Shown here in pieces: positions 1-15,100 of a stretch of DNA of 64,000 bases (its first letter is position 1; every line of letters starts with the position of its first letter). The stretch is from Azolla caroliniana (taxonomy: Eukaryota; Plantae; Polypodiophyta): NCBI GenBank assembly GCA_043228905.1, contig JBHGNT010000029.1, forward strand, positions 186,001 through 250,000. Reading direction: 5' to 3'. Below the pieces are notes generated by a model. The model searched no databases. It was not told the DNA's origin and saw nothing but the letters and a program-made list of their open reading frames with translations. A program made the position numbers and the translations under genes.

Positions 1-3000
1 CGTATAAACTTTTTAATTTGCTCAAGGGCTCTACTCAACTCCCTCCTCAAATTTGGTAATTTCTTCATGTCTCTCGACCTGAGTGTCAAAATCTTGATTT
101 TTTAATTCCATATCATAGCTAGCGTTGTTAGCTTCGATTCGCATGTTTGAACACAGGAATCCGATATCACACGAGCGAGCTATGAACAATGTAATTTACT
201 CATTCGCCCTACTCAACTCCCTCCTCACATTTGCTAATTTCGTCATGTCTCTCAACCTGAGTTTCACAATTTTGATTTTTTAATTCCATATCATAGCTAG
301 CGTTGTTAGCTTCGATTCGCATGTTTGATCAGAGAAATCCGATATCACACGAGCGAGGTATTAACATTTTAATTTACTCCAGGGCTCTACTCAACTCCCT
401 CCTCAAATATGCTAATTTCTACATGTCTCTCGACCTGAGTTTCCAGATCTGGATTTTTTCATTCCATATCATAGCTAGCATTATTAGCTCCGATTTGCAT
501 GTTTGAACAGAGAAATCCGATATCACACGAGCGAGGTATGAAGAATTTAAACTACTCATTCGCCCTACTCAACTCCCTCCTCAAATTTGGTAATTTCGTC
601 ATGTCTCTCGACCTGAGTTTCAAAATCTTGATTTTTTTATTCCATATCATAGCGAGCGTTGTTAGTTCCGATTCCCATGTTTGAACACAGAAATCCGATA
701 TCACACGAGCCAGCTATGAACAATTTAATTTGCTCAAGGACTCTACTCAACTCCCTCCTCAAATTTGCTAATTTCTTCATGTCTCTCGACCGGAGTTTCC
801 AGATCTTGATTTTTTAATTCCATATCATAGCTAGAGTTGTTATCTTCGATTTGCATGATTGAACAGAGAAATCCGATATCACACGAGCGAGGTATGAACA
901 ATTTAATTTACTCATTCGCCCTACTGAACTCCCTCCTAAAATTTGGTAATTTCGTCATGTCTCTCGACCTGAGTTGTAAAATCTTGATTTTTTAATTCCA
1001 TATCATAGCTAGCGTTGTTAGCTTCGATTTGCATGTTTGAACACAGGAATCCGATATCACACGAGCGAGCCATGAACAATGTAATTTACTCATTCGCCCT
1101 AGTCAACTCCCACCTCAAATTTCCTAATTTCGTCATGTCTCTCGACCTGAGTTTCACAATCTTGATTTTTTAATTCCATATCATAGCTAGCATTGTTAGC
1201 TTCGATTCACATGTTGGAACAGAGAAATCCGATATCACACGACCGAGGTATTAACAATTTAATTTACTCATTCGCCCTACTCAACAACCTCCTCAAATTT
1301 GGTAATTTCTTGATGTCTCTCGACCTGAGTTTCCAGATCTGGATTTTTTCATTCCATATCATAGCTAGCATTGTTAGCTCCGATTTGCATGTTTGAACAG
1401 AGAAATCCGATATCACACGAGCGAGGTATGAACAATTTAATCTACTCATTCGCCCTACTCAACTCCCTCCTCAAATTTGGTAATTTCGTCATGTCTCTCC
1501 ACCTAAGTTTCAAAATCTTGATTTTTTTATTCCATATCATAGCGAGCGTTGTTATTTCCGATTCCCATGTTTTAACACAGAAATCCGATATCACATGAGC
1601 CAGGTATGAACAATTTAATTTGCTCAACGACTCTACTCAACTCCCTCCTCAAATTTGCTAATTTCTTCATTTCTCTCGACCTGAGTTTCCAGATCTTGAT
1701 TTTCTAATTCCATATCATAGCTAGAGTTGTTAGCTTCGATTTGCATGTTTGAACAGAGAAATTCGATATCATATGAGCGAGGTATGAACAATTTAATTTA
1801 CTCATTCGCCCTACTCAACTCCCTCCTCAAATTTGGTAATTTCTTCATGTCTCGCGACCTGAATTTCAAAATTTAGATTTTTCAATTCCATATCATAGCT
1901 AGCGTTGTTAGCTTCGATTCGCATGTTTGAACACATGAAATATCACACGAGCGAGGTATGAACATTTTAATTTACTTCGGGGCTCTACTCAACTCCCTCC
2001 TCAAATATGCTAATTTCTTCATGTCTCTCGACCTGAGTTTCCAGATCTGGATTTTTTCATTGCATATCATAGCTAGCGTTGTTAGCTCCGATTGCCATGT
2101 TTGAACACAGAAATCCGATATCACACGAGCGAGGTATGAAGAATTTAATCTACTCATTCGCCCTACTCAACTCCCTCCTCAAATTTGGTAATTTCGTCAT
2201 GTCTCTCGACCTGAGTTTCAAAATCTTGATTTTTTTATTCCATATCATAGCGAGCGTTGTTAGTTCCGATTCCCATGTTTGAACACAGAAATCCGATATC
2301 ACACGAGCCAGCTATGAACAATTTAATTTGCTCAAGGACTCTACTCAACTCCCTCCTCAAATTTGCTAATTTCTTCATGTCTCTCGACCGGAGTTTCCAG
2401 ATCTTGATTTTTTAATTCCATATCATAGCTAGAGTTGTTATCTTCGATTTGCATGATTGAACAGAGAAATCCGATATCACACGAGCGAGGTATGAACAAT
2501 TTAATTTACTCATTCGCCCTACTGAACTCCCTCCTCAAATTTGGTAATTTCGTCATGTCTCGCGACGTGAATTACAAAATTTAGATTTTTCAATTCCATA
2601 TCATAGCTAGCGTTGTTAGCTTCGATTCGCATGTTTGAACACATGAATCCGATATCACACGAGCGAGGTATGAAAATTTTAATTTACTCCGGGGCTCTAC
2701 TCAACTCCCTCCTCAAATATGCTAATTTCTTCATGTCTCTCGACCTAAGTTTCAAAATCTGGATTTTTTAATTCCATATCATAGCTAGCGTTGTTAGCTT
2801 CGAATGGCATGTTTGAACACAAAAATCATATATCACACGAGCGAGGTATGAACATTTTAATTTGCTCAAGGGCTCTACTCAACTCCCTCCTCAAATTTGC
2901 TAATTTCTTCATGTCTCTCGACCTGAGTTTCAAAATCTTGATTTTTTAATTCCATATCATAGCTCGCGTTGTTAGCTTCGATTTGCATGTTTGAACACAG

Positions 3001-6000
3001 GAATCCGATATCACACGAGCGAGGTATGAACATTTTAATTTGCTCAAGGACTCTACTCAAGTCCCTCCTCAAATTTGCTAATTTCTTCATGTCTCTCGAC
3101 CTGAGTTTCGAGATCTGGATTTTTTAATTCCATATCATCGCTAGCGTTGTTAGCTCCGATTCCCATGTTTGAACACAGAAATCCGATATCACACGAGCCA
3201 AGTATGAATATTTTAATTTGCTCAAGGACTCTACTCAACTTCCTCCTCAAATTTGGTAATTTGGTCATGTCCCTCGACCTGAGTTTCAAAATCTTGATTT
3301 TTTAATTCCATATCATAGATAGCGTTGTTAGTTCCGATTCCCATGTTTGAACACAGAAATCCGATATCACACGAGCCACGTATAAACTTTTTAATTTGCT
3401 CAAGGGCTCTACTCAACTCCCTCCTCAAATTTGGTAATTTCTTCATGTCTCTCGACCTGAGTGTCAAAATCTTGATTTTTTAATTCCATATCATAGCTAG
3501 CGTTGTTAGCTTCGATTCGCATGTTTGAACACAGGAATCCGATATCACACGAGCGAGCTATGAACAATGTAATTTACTCATTCGCCCTACTCAACTCCCT
3601 CCTCACATTTGCTAATTTCGTCATGTCTCTCAACCTGAGTTTCACAATTTTGATTTTTTAATTCCATATCATAGCTAGCGTTGTTAGCTTCGATTCGCAT
3701 GTTTGATCAGAGAAATCCGATATCACACGAGCGAGGTATTAACATTTTAATTTACTCCAGGGCTCTACTCAACTCCCTCCTCAAATATGCTAATTTCTAC
3801 ATGTCTCTCGACCTGAGTTTCCAGATCTGGATTTTTTCATTCCATATCATAGCTAGCATTATTAGCTCCGATTTGCATGTTTGAACAGAGAAATCCGATA
3901 TCACACGAGCGAGGTATGAAGAATTTAAACTACTCATTCGCCCTACTCAACTCCCTCCTCAAATTTGGTAATTTCGTCATGTCTCTCGACCTGAGTTTCA
4001 AAATCTTGATTTTTTTATTCCATATCATAGCGAGCGTTGTTAGTTCCGATTCCCATGTTTGAACACAGAAATCCGATATCACACGAGCCAGCTATGAACA
4101 ATTTAATTTGCTCAAGGACTCTACTCAACTCCCTCCTCAAATTTGCTAATTTCTTCATGTCTCTCGACCGGAGTTTCCAGATCTTGATTTTTTAATTCCA
4201 TATCATAGCTAGAGTTGTTATCTTCGATTTGCATGATTGAACAGAGAAATCCGATATCACACGAGCGAGGTATGAACAATTTAATTTACTCATTCGCCCT
4301 ACTGAACTCCCTCCTAAAATTTGGTAATTTCGTCATGTCTCTCGACCTGAGTTGTAAAATCTTGATTTTTTAATTCCATATCATAGCTAGCGTTGTTAGC
4401 TTCGATTTGCATGTTTGAACACAGGAATCCGATATCACACGAGCGAGCCATGAACAATGTAATTTACTCATTCGCCCTACTCAACTCCCACCTCAAATTT
4501 CCTAATTTCGTCATGTCTCTCGACCTGAGTTTCACAATCTTGATTTTTTAATTCCATATCATAGCTAGCATTGTTAGCTTCGATTCACATGTTGGAACAG
4601 AGAAATCCGATATCACACGACCGAGGTATTAACAATTTAATTTACTCATTCGCCCTACTCAACAACCTCCTCAAATTTGGTAATTTCTTGATGTCTCTCG
4701 ACCTGAGTTTCCAGATCTGGATTTTTTCATTCCATATCATAGCTAGCATTGTTAGCTCCGATTTGCATGTTTGAACAGAGAAATCCGATATCACACGAGC
4801 GAGGTATGAACAATTTAATCTACTCATTCGCCCTACTCAACTCCCTCCTCAAATTTGGTAATTTCGTCATGTCTCTCCACCTAAGTTTCAAAATCTTGAT
4901 TTTTTTATTCCATATCATAGCGAGCGTTGTTATTTCCGATTCCCATGTTTTAACACAGAAATCCGATATCACATGAGCCAGGTATGAACAATTTAATTTG
5001 CTCAACGACTCTACTCAACTCCCTCCTCAAATTTGCTAATTTCTTCATTTCTCTCGACCTGAGTTTCCAGATCTTGATTTTCTAATTCCATATCATAGCT
5101 AGAGTTGTTAGCTTCGATTTGCATGTTTGAACAGAGAAATTCGATATCATATGAGCGAGGTATGAACAATTTAATTTACTCATTCGCCCTACTCAACTCC
5201 CTCCTCAAATTTGGTAATTTCTTCATGTCTCGCGACCTGAATTTCAAAATTTAGATTTTTCAATTCCATATCATAGCTAGCGTTGTTAGCTTCGATTCGC
5301 ATGTTTGAACACATGAAATATCACACGAGCGAGGTATGAACATTTTAATTTACTTCGGGGCTCTACTCAACTCCCTCCTCAAATATGCTAATTTCTTCAT
5401 GTCTCTCGACCTGAGTTTCCAGATCTGGATTTTTTCATTGCATATCATAGCTAGCGTTGTTAGCTCCGATTGCCATGTTTGAACACAGAAATCCGATATC
5501 ACACGAGCGAGGTATGAAGAATTTAATCTACTCATTCGCCCTACTCAACTCCCTCCTCAAATTTGGTAATTTCGTCATGTCTCTCGACCTGAGTTTCAAA
5601 ATCTTGATTTTTTTATTCCATATCATAGCGAGCGTTGTTAGTTCCGATTCCCATGTTTGAACACAGAAATCCGATATCACACGAGCCAGCTATGAACAAT
5701 TTAATTTGCTCAAGGACTCTACTCAACTCCCTCCTCAAATTTGCTAATTTCTTCATGTCTCTCGACCGGAGTTTCCAGATCTTGATTTTTTAATTCCATA
5801 TCATAGCTAGAGTTGTTATCTTCGATTTGCATGATTGAACAGAGAAATCCGATATCACACGAGCGAGGTATGAACAATTTAATTTACTCATTCGCCCTAC
5901 TGAACTCCCTCCTCAAATTTGGTAATTTCGTCATGTCTCGCGACGTGAATTACAAAATTTAGATTTTTCAATTCCATATCATAGCTAGCGTTGTTAGCTT

Positions 6001-6124
6001 CGATTCGCATGTTTGAACACATGAATCCGATATCACACGAGCGAGGTATGAAAATTTTAATTTACTCCGGGGCTCTACTCAACTCCCTCCTCAAATATGC
6101 TAATTTCTTCATGTCTCTCGACCT
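1..6124. repeat. Higher-order duplication, period 3378 bp (19 monomers minus 4 bp)
   Basis: 1-2746 recurs almost identically at 3379-6124 (ORF pairs 303/3681, 1193/4571, 2079/5457). Both copies share a 4-bp TCCG deletion (~1939 and ~5317). Confidence 0.9.
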
Positions 6125-9100
6125 GAGTTTCCAGATCTTTATTTTTTCATTCCATATCATAGCTAGCGTTGTTAGCTCCGATTGCCATGTTTGAACACAG
6201 AAATCCGATATTACACGAGCGAGGTATTAACATTTTAATTTACTCCAGGGCTCTACTCAACTCCCTCCTCAAATATGCTAATTTCTTCATGTCTCTCGAC
6301 CTGAGTTTCCAGATCTGGATTTTTTCATTCCATATCATAGCTATCAACTTTAGCTTCAATTTGCATGTTTGAACACAGAAATCCGATATCACACGAGCGA
6401 GGTATGAAGAATTTAATCTACTCATTCGCCCTACTCAACTCCCTCCTCAAATTTGGTAATTTCGTCATGTCTCTCGACCTGAGTTTCAAAATCTTGATTT
6501 TTTTATTCCATATCATAGCGAGCGTTGTTAGTTCCGATTCCCATGTTTGAACACAGAAATCCGATATCACACGAGCCAGCTATGAACAATTTAATTTGCT
6601 CAAGGACTCTACTCAACTCCCTCCTCAAATTTGCTAATTTCTTCATGTCTCTCGACCTGAGTTTCCAGATCTTGATTTTTTAATTCCATATCATAGCTAG
6701 AGTTGTTAGCTTCGATTTCAATGTTTGAACAGAGAGATCCGATATCACACGAGCGAGGTATGAACAATTTAATTTACTCATTCGCCCTACTGAACTCCCT
6801 CCTAAAATTTGGTAATTTCGTCATGTCTCTCGACCTGAGTTTTAAAATCTTGATTTTTTAATTCCATATCATAGCTAGCGTTGTTAGCTTCGATTCGCAT
6901 GTTTGAACACATGAATCCGATATCACACGAGCGAGGTATGAACATTGTAATTTACTTATTCGCCCTACTCGAATCCCACCTCAAATTTCCTAATTTCGTC
7001 ATGTCTCTCGACCTGAGTTTCACAATCTTGATTTTTTAATTCCATATCATAGCTAGCATTGTTAGCTTCGATTCACATGTTGGAACAGAGAAATCCGATA
7101 TCACACGACCGAGGTATTAACAATTTAATTTACTCATTCGCCCTACTCAACAACCTCCTCAAATTGGGTAATTTCTTCATGTCTCTCGACCTGAGTTTCC
7201 AGATCTGGATTTTTTCATTCCATATCATAGCTAGCATTGTTAGCTCCGATTTGCATGTTTGAACAGAGAAATCCGATATCACACGAGCGAGGTATGAACA
7301 ATTTAATCTACTCATTCGCCCTACTCAACTCTCTCCTCAAATTTGGTAATTTCGTCATGTCTCTCCACCTAAGTTTCAAAATCTTGATTTTTTTATTCCA
7401 TATCATAGCGAGCGTTGTTATTTCCGATTCCCATGTTTTAACACAGAAATCCGATATCACATGAGCCAGGTATGAACAATTTAATTTGCTCAACGACTCT
7501 ACTCAACTCCCTCCTCAAATTTGCTAATTTCTTCATTTCTCTCGACCTGAGTTTCCAGATCTTGATTTTCTAATTCCATATCATAGCTAGAGTTGTTAGC
7601 TTCGATTTGCATGTTTGAACAGAGAAATTCGATATCATACGAGCGAGGTATGAACAATTTAATTTACTCATTCGCCCTACTCAACTCCCTCCTCAAATTT
7701 GGTAATTTCTTCATGTCTCGCGACCTGAATTTCAAAATTTAGATTTTTCAATTCCATATCATAGCTAGCGTTGTTAGCTTCGATTCGCATGTTTGAACAC
7801 ATGAATCCGATATCACACGAGCGAGGTATGAACATTTTAATTTACTTCGGGGCTCTACTCAACTCCCTCCTCAAATATGCTAATTTCTTCATGTCTCTCG
7901 ACCTGAGTTTCGAGATCTGGATTTTTTCATTCCATATCATAGCTAGCGTTGTTAGCTCCGATTGCCATGTTTGAACACAGAAATCCGATATCACACGAGC
8001 GAGGTATGAAGAATTTAATCTACTCATTCGCCCTACTCAACTCCCTCCTCAAATTTGGTAATTTTGTCATGTCTCTCGACCTGAGTTTCAAAATCTTGAT
8101 TTTTTTATTCCATATCATAGCGAGCGTTGTTAGTTCCGATTCCCATGTTTGAACACAGAAATCCGATATCACACGAGCCAGCTATGAACAATTTAATTTG
8201 CTCAAGGACTCTACTCAACTCCCTCCTCAAATTTGCTAATTTCTTCATGTCTCTCGACCTGAGTTTCCAGATCTTGATTTTTTAATTCCATATCATAGCT
8301 AGAGTTGTTAGCTTCGATTTCAATGTTTGAACAGAGAGATCCGATATCACACGAGCGAGGTATGAACAATTTAATTTACTCATTCGCCCTACTGAACTCC
8401 CTCCTAAAATTTGGTAATTTCGTCATGTCTCGCGACGTGAATTACAAAATTTAGATTTTTCAATTCCATATCATAGCTAGCGTTGTTAGCTTCGATTCGC
8501 ATGTTTGAACACAGGAATCCGATATCACACGAGCGAGGTATGAACATTTTAATTTACTCCGGGGCTCTACTCAACTCCCTCCTCAAATATGCTAATTTCT
8601 TCATGTCTCTCGACCTGAGTTTCCAGATCTGGATTTTTTCATTCCATATCATAGCTAGCATTATTAGCTCCGATTTGCATGTTTGAACAGAGAAATCCGA
8701 TATCACACGAGCGAGGTATGAAGAATTTAATCTACTCATTCGCCCTACTCAACTCCCTCCTCAAATTTGGTAATTTCGTCATGTCTCTCGACCTGAGTTT
8801 CAAAATCTTGATTTTTTTATTCCATATCATAGCGAGCGTTGTTAGTTCCGATTCCCATGTTTGAACACAGAAATCCGATATCACACGAGCCAGGTATGAA
8901 CAATTTAATTTGTTCAAGGACTCTACTCAACTCCCTCCTCAAATTTGCTAATTTCTTCATGTCTCTCGACCTGAGTTTCCAGATCTTGATTTTTTAATTC
9001 CATATCATAGCTAGAGTTGTTAGCTTCGATTTGCATGTTTGAACAGAGAAATCCGATATCACACGAGCGAGGTATGAACAATTTAATTTACTTATTCGCC

Positions 9101-12100
9101 CTACTCAACTCCCTCCTCAAATTTGGTAATTTCTTCATGTCTCGCGACCTGAATTTCAAAATTTAGATTTTTCAATTCCGTGTCATAGCTAGCGTTGTTA
9201 GCTTCGATTCGCATGTTTGAACACAAGAATCCGATATCACACGAGCGAGGTATGAACATTTTAATTTACTCCAGGGCTCTACTCAACTCCCTCCTCAAAT
9301 ATGCTAATTTCTTCATGTCTCTCGAACTGAGTTTCTAGATCTGGATTTTTTCATTCCATATCATAGCTATCATTGTTAGCTTCGATTTGCATGTTTGAAC
9401 ACAGAAATCCGATATCAGACGAGCGAGGTATGAACAATTTAATCTACTCATTCGCCCTACTCAACTCCCTCCTCAAATTTGGTAATTTCGTCATGTCTCT
9501 CGACCTGAGTTTAAAAATCTTGATTTTTTTATTCCATATCATAGCTAGCGTTGTTAGCTTCGATTCGCATGTTTGAACAGAGAAATCCGATATCATACAA
9601 GCGAGGTATTAACATTTTAATTTACTCAAGGGCTCTACTCAACTCCCTCCGCAAATTTGCTAATTTCTTCATGTCTCTCGACTTGAGTTTCCAGATCTGG
9701 ATTTTTTCATTCCATATCATAGCTAGCGTTGTTAGCTCCGATTGGCATGTTTGAACACAGAAATCCGATATCACACGAGCGAGGTATTAACATTTTAATT
9801 TACTCCAGGGATCTACTCAACTCCCTCCTCAAATATGCTAATTTCTTCATGTCTCTCGACCTGAGTTTCCAGATCTTGATTTTTTAATTCCATATCATAG
9901 CTAGAGTTGTTAGCTTCGATTTGCATGTTTGAACAGAGAAATCCGATATCACACGAGCGAGGTATGAACAATTTAATTTACTTATTCGCCCTACTCAACT
10001 CCCTCCTCAAATTTAGTAATTTCTTCATGTCTCGCGACCTGAATTTCAAAATTTAGATTTTTCAATTCCATGTCATCGCTAGCGTTGTTAGCTTCGATTC
10101 GCATGTTTGAACACAGGAATCCGATATCACACGAGCGAGGTATGAACATTTTAATTTACTCCAGGGCTCTACTCAACTCCCTCCTCAAATATGCTAATTT
10201 CTTCATGTCTCTCGACCTGAGTTTCCAGATCTGGATTTTTTCATTCCATATCATAGCTAGCATTATTAGCTCCGATTTGCATGTTTGAACAGAGAAATCC
10301 GATATCACACGAGCGAGGTATGAAGAATTTAATCTACTCATTCGCCCTACTCAACTCCCTCCTCAAATTTGGTAATTTCGTCATGTCTCTCGACCTGAGT
10401 TTCAAAATCTTGATTTTTTTATTCCATATCATAGCGAGCGTTGTTAGTTCCGATTCCCATGTTTGAACACAGAAATCCGATATCACACGAGCCAGCTATG
10501 AACAATTTAATTTGCTCAAGGACTCTACTCAACTCCCTCCTCAAATTTGCTAATTTCTTCATGTCTCTCGACCTGAGTTTCCAGATCTTGATTTTTTAAT
10601 TCCATATCGTAGCTAGAGTTGTTAGCTTCGATTTCAATGTTTGAACAGAGAAATCCGATATCACACGAGCGAGGTATGAAGAATTTAATCTAGTCATTCG
10701 CCCTACTGAACTCCCTCCTAAAACTTGGTAATTTCGTCATGTCTCTCGACCTGAGTTTTAAAATCTTGATTTTTTAATTCCATATCATAGCTAGCGTTGT
10801 TAGCTTCGATTTGCATGTTTGAACACAGGAATCCGATATCACACGAGCGAGCTATGAACAATGTAATTTACTCATTCGCCCTACTCAACTCCCTCCTCAA
10901 ATTTGCTAATTTCGTCATGTCTATCGACCTGAGTTTCACAATCTTGATTTTTCAATTCCATATCATAGCTAGCGTTGTTAGCTTCGATTCGCATGTTTGA
11001 ACACATGAATCCGATATCACACGAGCGAGGTATGAACATTTTAATTTACTCCGGGGCTCTACTCAACTCCCTCCTCAAATATTCTAATTTCTTCATGTCT
11101 CTCGACCTGAGTTTCCAGATCTGGATTTTTTCATTCCATATCATAGCTAGCATTGTTAGCTCCGATTTGCATGTTTGAACAGAGAAATCCGATATCACAC
11201 GAGCGAGGTATGAAGAATTTAATCTAGTCATTCGCCCTACTCAACTCCCTCCTCCAATTTGGTAATTTCGTCATGTCTCTCGACCTGAGTTTCAAAATCT
11301 TGATTTTTTTATTCCATATTATAGCGAGCGTTGTTAGTTCCGATTCCCATGTTTGAACACAGAAATCCGATATCACACGAGCCAGGTATGAACAATTTAA
11401 TTTGTTCAAGGACTCTACTCAACTCCCTCCTCAAATTTGCTAATTTCTTCATGTCTCTCGACCTGAGTTTCCAGATCTTGATTTTTTAATTCCATATCAT
11501 AGCTAGAGTTGTTAGCTTCGATTTGCATGTTTGAACAGAGAAATCCGATATCACACGAGCGAGGTATGAACAATTTAATTTACTTATTCGCCCTACTCAA
11601 CTCCCTCCTCAAATTTAGTAATTTCTTCATGTCTCGCGACCTGAATTTCAAAATTTAGATTTTTCAATTCCATGTCATAGCTAGCGTTGTTAGCTTCGAT
11701 TCGCATGTTTGAACACAGGAATCCGATATCACACGAGCGAGGTATGAACATTTTAATTTACTCCAGGGCTCTACTCAACTCCCTCCTCAAATATGCTAAT
11801 TTCTTCATGTCTCTCGACCTGAGTTTCCAGATCTGGATTTTTTCATTCCATATCATAGCTAGCATTATTAGCTCCGATTTGCATGTTTGAACAGAGAAAT
11901 CCGATATCACACGAGCGAGGTATGAAGAATTTAATCTACTCATTCGCCCTACTCAACTCCCTCTTCAAATTTGGTAATTTCGTCATGTCTCTCGACCTGA
12001 GTTTCAAAATCTTGATTTTTTTATTCCATATCATAGCGAGCGTTGTTAGTTCCGATTCCCATGTTTGAACACAGAAATCCGATATCACACGAGCCAGCTA

Positions 12101-15100
12101 TGAACAATTTAATTTGCTCAAGGACTCTACTCAACTCCCTCCTCAAATTTGCTAATTTCTTCATGTCTCTCGACCTGAGTTTCCAGATCTTGATTTTTTA
12201 ATTCCATATCATAGCTAGAGTTGTTAGCTTCGATTTGCATGTTTGAACAGAGAGATCCGATATCACACGAGCGAGGTATGAACAATTTAATTTACTCATT
12301 CGCCCTACTGAACTCCCTCCTAAAATTTGGTAATTTCGTCATGTCTCGCGACGTGAATTACAAAATTTAGATTTTTCAATTCCATATCATAGCTAGCGTT
12401 GTTAGCTTCGATTCGCATGTTTGAACACATTAATCCGATATCACACGAGCGAGGTATGAACATTTTAATTTACTCCGGGGCTCTACTCAACTCCCTCCTC
12501 AAATATGCTAATTTCTTCATGTCTCTCGACCTGAGTTTCCAGATCTGGATTTTTTCATTCCATATCATAGCTAGCGTTGTTAGCTCCGATTGCCATGTTT
12601 GAACACAGAAATCCGATATCACACGAGCGAGGTATTAACATTTTAATTTACTCCAGGGCTCTACTCAACTCCCTCCTCAAATATGCTAATTTCTTCATGT
12701 CTCTCGACCTGAGTTTCCAGATCTGGATTTTTTCATTCCATATCATAGCTAGCATTGTTAGCTCCGATTTGCATGTTTGAACAGAGAAATCCGATATCAC
12801 ACGAGCGAGGTATGAAGAATTTAATCTACTCATTCGCCCTACTCAACTCCCTCCTCAAATTTGGTAATTTCGTCATGTCTCTCGACCTGAGTTTCAAAAT
12901 CTTGATTTTTTTATTCCATATCATAGCGAGCGTTGTTAGTTCCGATTCCCATGTTTGAACACAGAAATCAGATATCACACGAGCCAGGTATGAACAATTT
13001 AATTTACTCCAGGGCTCTACTCAACTCCCTCCTCAAATATGCTAATTTCTTCATGTCTCTCGACCTGAGTTTCCAGATCTGGATTTTTTCATTCCATATC
13101 ATAGCTATCATTGTTAGCTCCGATTTGCATGTTTGAACAGAGAAATCCGATATCACACGAGCGAGGTATGAAGAATTTAATCTACTCATTCGCCCTACTC
13201 AACTCCCTCCTCAAATTTGGTAATTTCTTCATGTCTTTCGACCTGAATTTCAAAATTTAGATTTTTTAATTCCATATCATTGCTAGCGTTGTTAGCTTCG
13301 ATTCGCATGTTTGAACAGAGAAATCCGATATCATACAAGCGAGGTATTAACATTTTAATTTACTCAAGGGCTCTACTCAACTCCCTCCTCAAATTTGCTA
13401 ATTTCTTCATGTCTCTCGACCTGAGTTTCCAGATCTGGATTTTTTCATTCCATATCATAGCTAGCGTTGTTAGCTCCGATTGCCTTGTTTGAACACAGAA
13501 ATCCGATATCACACGAGCGAGGTATGAACAATTTAATCTACTCATTCGCCCTACTCAACTCCCTCCTCAAATTTTGTAATTTCGTCATGTCTCTCGACCT
13601 GAGTTTCAAAATCTTGATTTTTTAATTCCATATCATAGCTAGCGTTCTTAGCTTCGATTCGCATGTTTGAACACAGGAATCCGATATCACACGAGCGAGC
13701 TATGAACAATTTAATTTACTCATTCGCCCTACTCAACTCCCTCCTCAAATTTGCTAATTTCGTCATGTCTCTCGACCTGAGTTTCACAATTTTTGATTTT
13801 TTCATTCCATATCATAGCTAGCGTAGTTCATTCCATATCATAGCTAGCGTTGTTAGCTTCGAATGGCATGTTTGAACTCAAAAATCATATATCACACGAG
13901 CGAGGTATGAACATTTTAATTTGCTCAAGGGCTCTACTCAACTCCCTCCTCAAATTTGGTAATTTCTTCATGTCTCTCGACCTAAGTTTCAAAATCTGGA
14001 TTTTTTAATTCCATATCATAGCTAGCGTTGTTAGCTTCGAATGGCATGTTTGAACACAAAAATCATATATCACACGAGCGAGGTATGAACATTTTAATTT
14101 GCTCAAGGGCTCTACTCAACTCCCTCCTCAAATTTGCTAATTTCTTCATGTCTCTCGACCTGAGTTTCAAAATCTTGATTTTTTAATTCCATATCATAGC
14201 TCGCGTTGTTAGCTTCGATTTGCATGTTTGAACATAGGAATCCGATATCACACGAGCGAGGTATGAACATTTTAATTTGCTCAAGGACTCTACTCAAGTC
14301 CCTCCTCAAATTTGCTAATTTCTTCATGTCTCTCGACCTGAGTTTCGAGATCTGGATTTTCTAATTCCATATCATCGCTAGCGTTGTTAGCTCCGATTCC
14401 CATGTTTGAACACAGAAATCCGATATCACACGAGCCAAGTATGAATATTTTAATTTGCTCAAGGACTCTACTCAACTTCCTCCTCAAATTTGGTAATTTG
14501 GTCATGTCCCTCGACCTGAGTTTCAAAATCTTGATTTTTTAATTCCATATCATAGATAGCGTTGTTAGTTCCGATTCCCATGTTTGAACACAGAAATCCG
14601 ATATCACACGAGCCACGTATAAACTTTTTAATTTGCTCAAGGGCTCTACTCAACTCCCTCCTCAAATTTGGTAATTTCTTCATGTCTCTCGACCTGAGTG
14701 TCAAAATCTTGATTTTTTAATTCCATATCATAGCTAGCGTTGTTAGCTTCGATTCGCATGTTTGAACACAGGAATCCGATATCACACGAGCGAGCTATGA
14801 ACAATGTAATTTACTCATTCGCCCTACTCAACTCCCTCCTCACATTTGCTAATTTCGTCATGTCTCTCGACCTGAGTTTCACAATTTTGATTTTTTAATT
14901 CCATATCATAGCTAGCGTTGTTAGCTTCGATTCGCATGTTTGATCAGAGAAATCCGATATCACACGAGCGAGGTATTAGCATTTTAATTTACTCCAGGGC
15001 TCTATTCAACTCCCTCCTCAAATATGCTAATTTCTACATGTCTCTCGACCTGAGTTTCTAGATCTGGATTTTTTCATTCCATATCATAGCTAGCATTATT

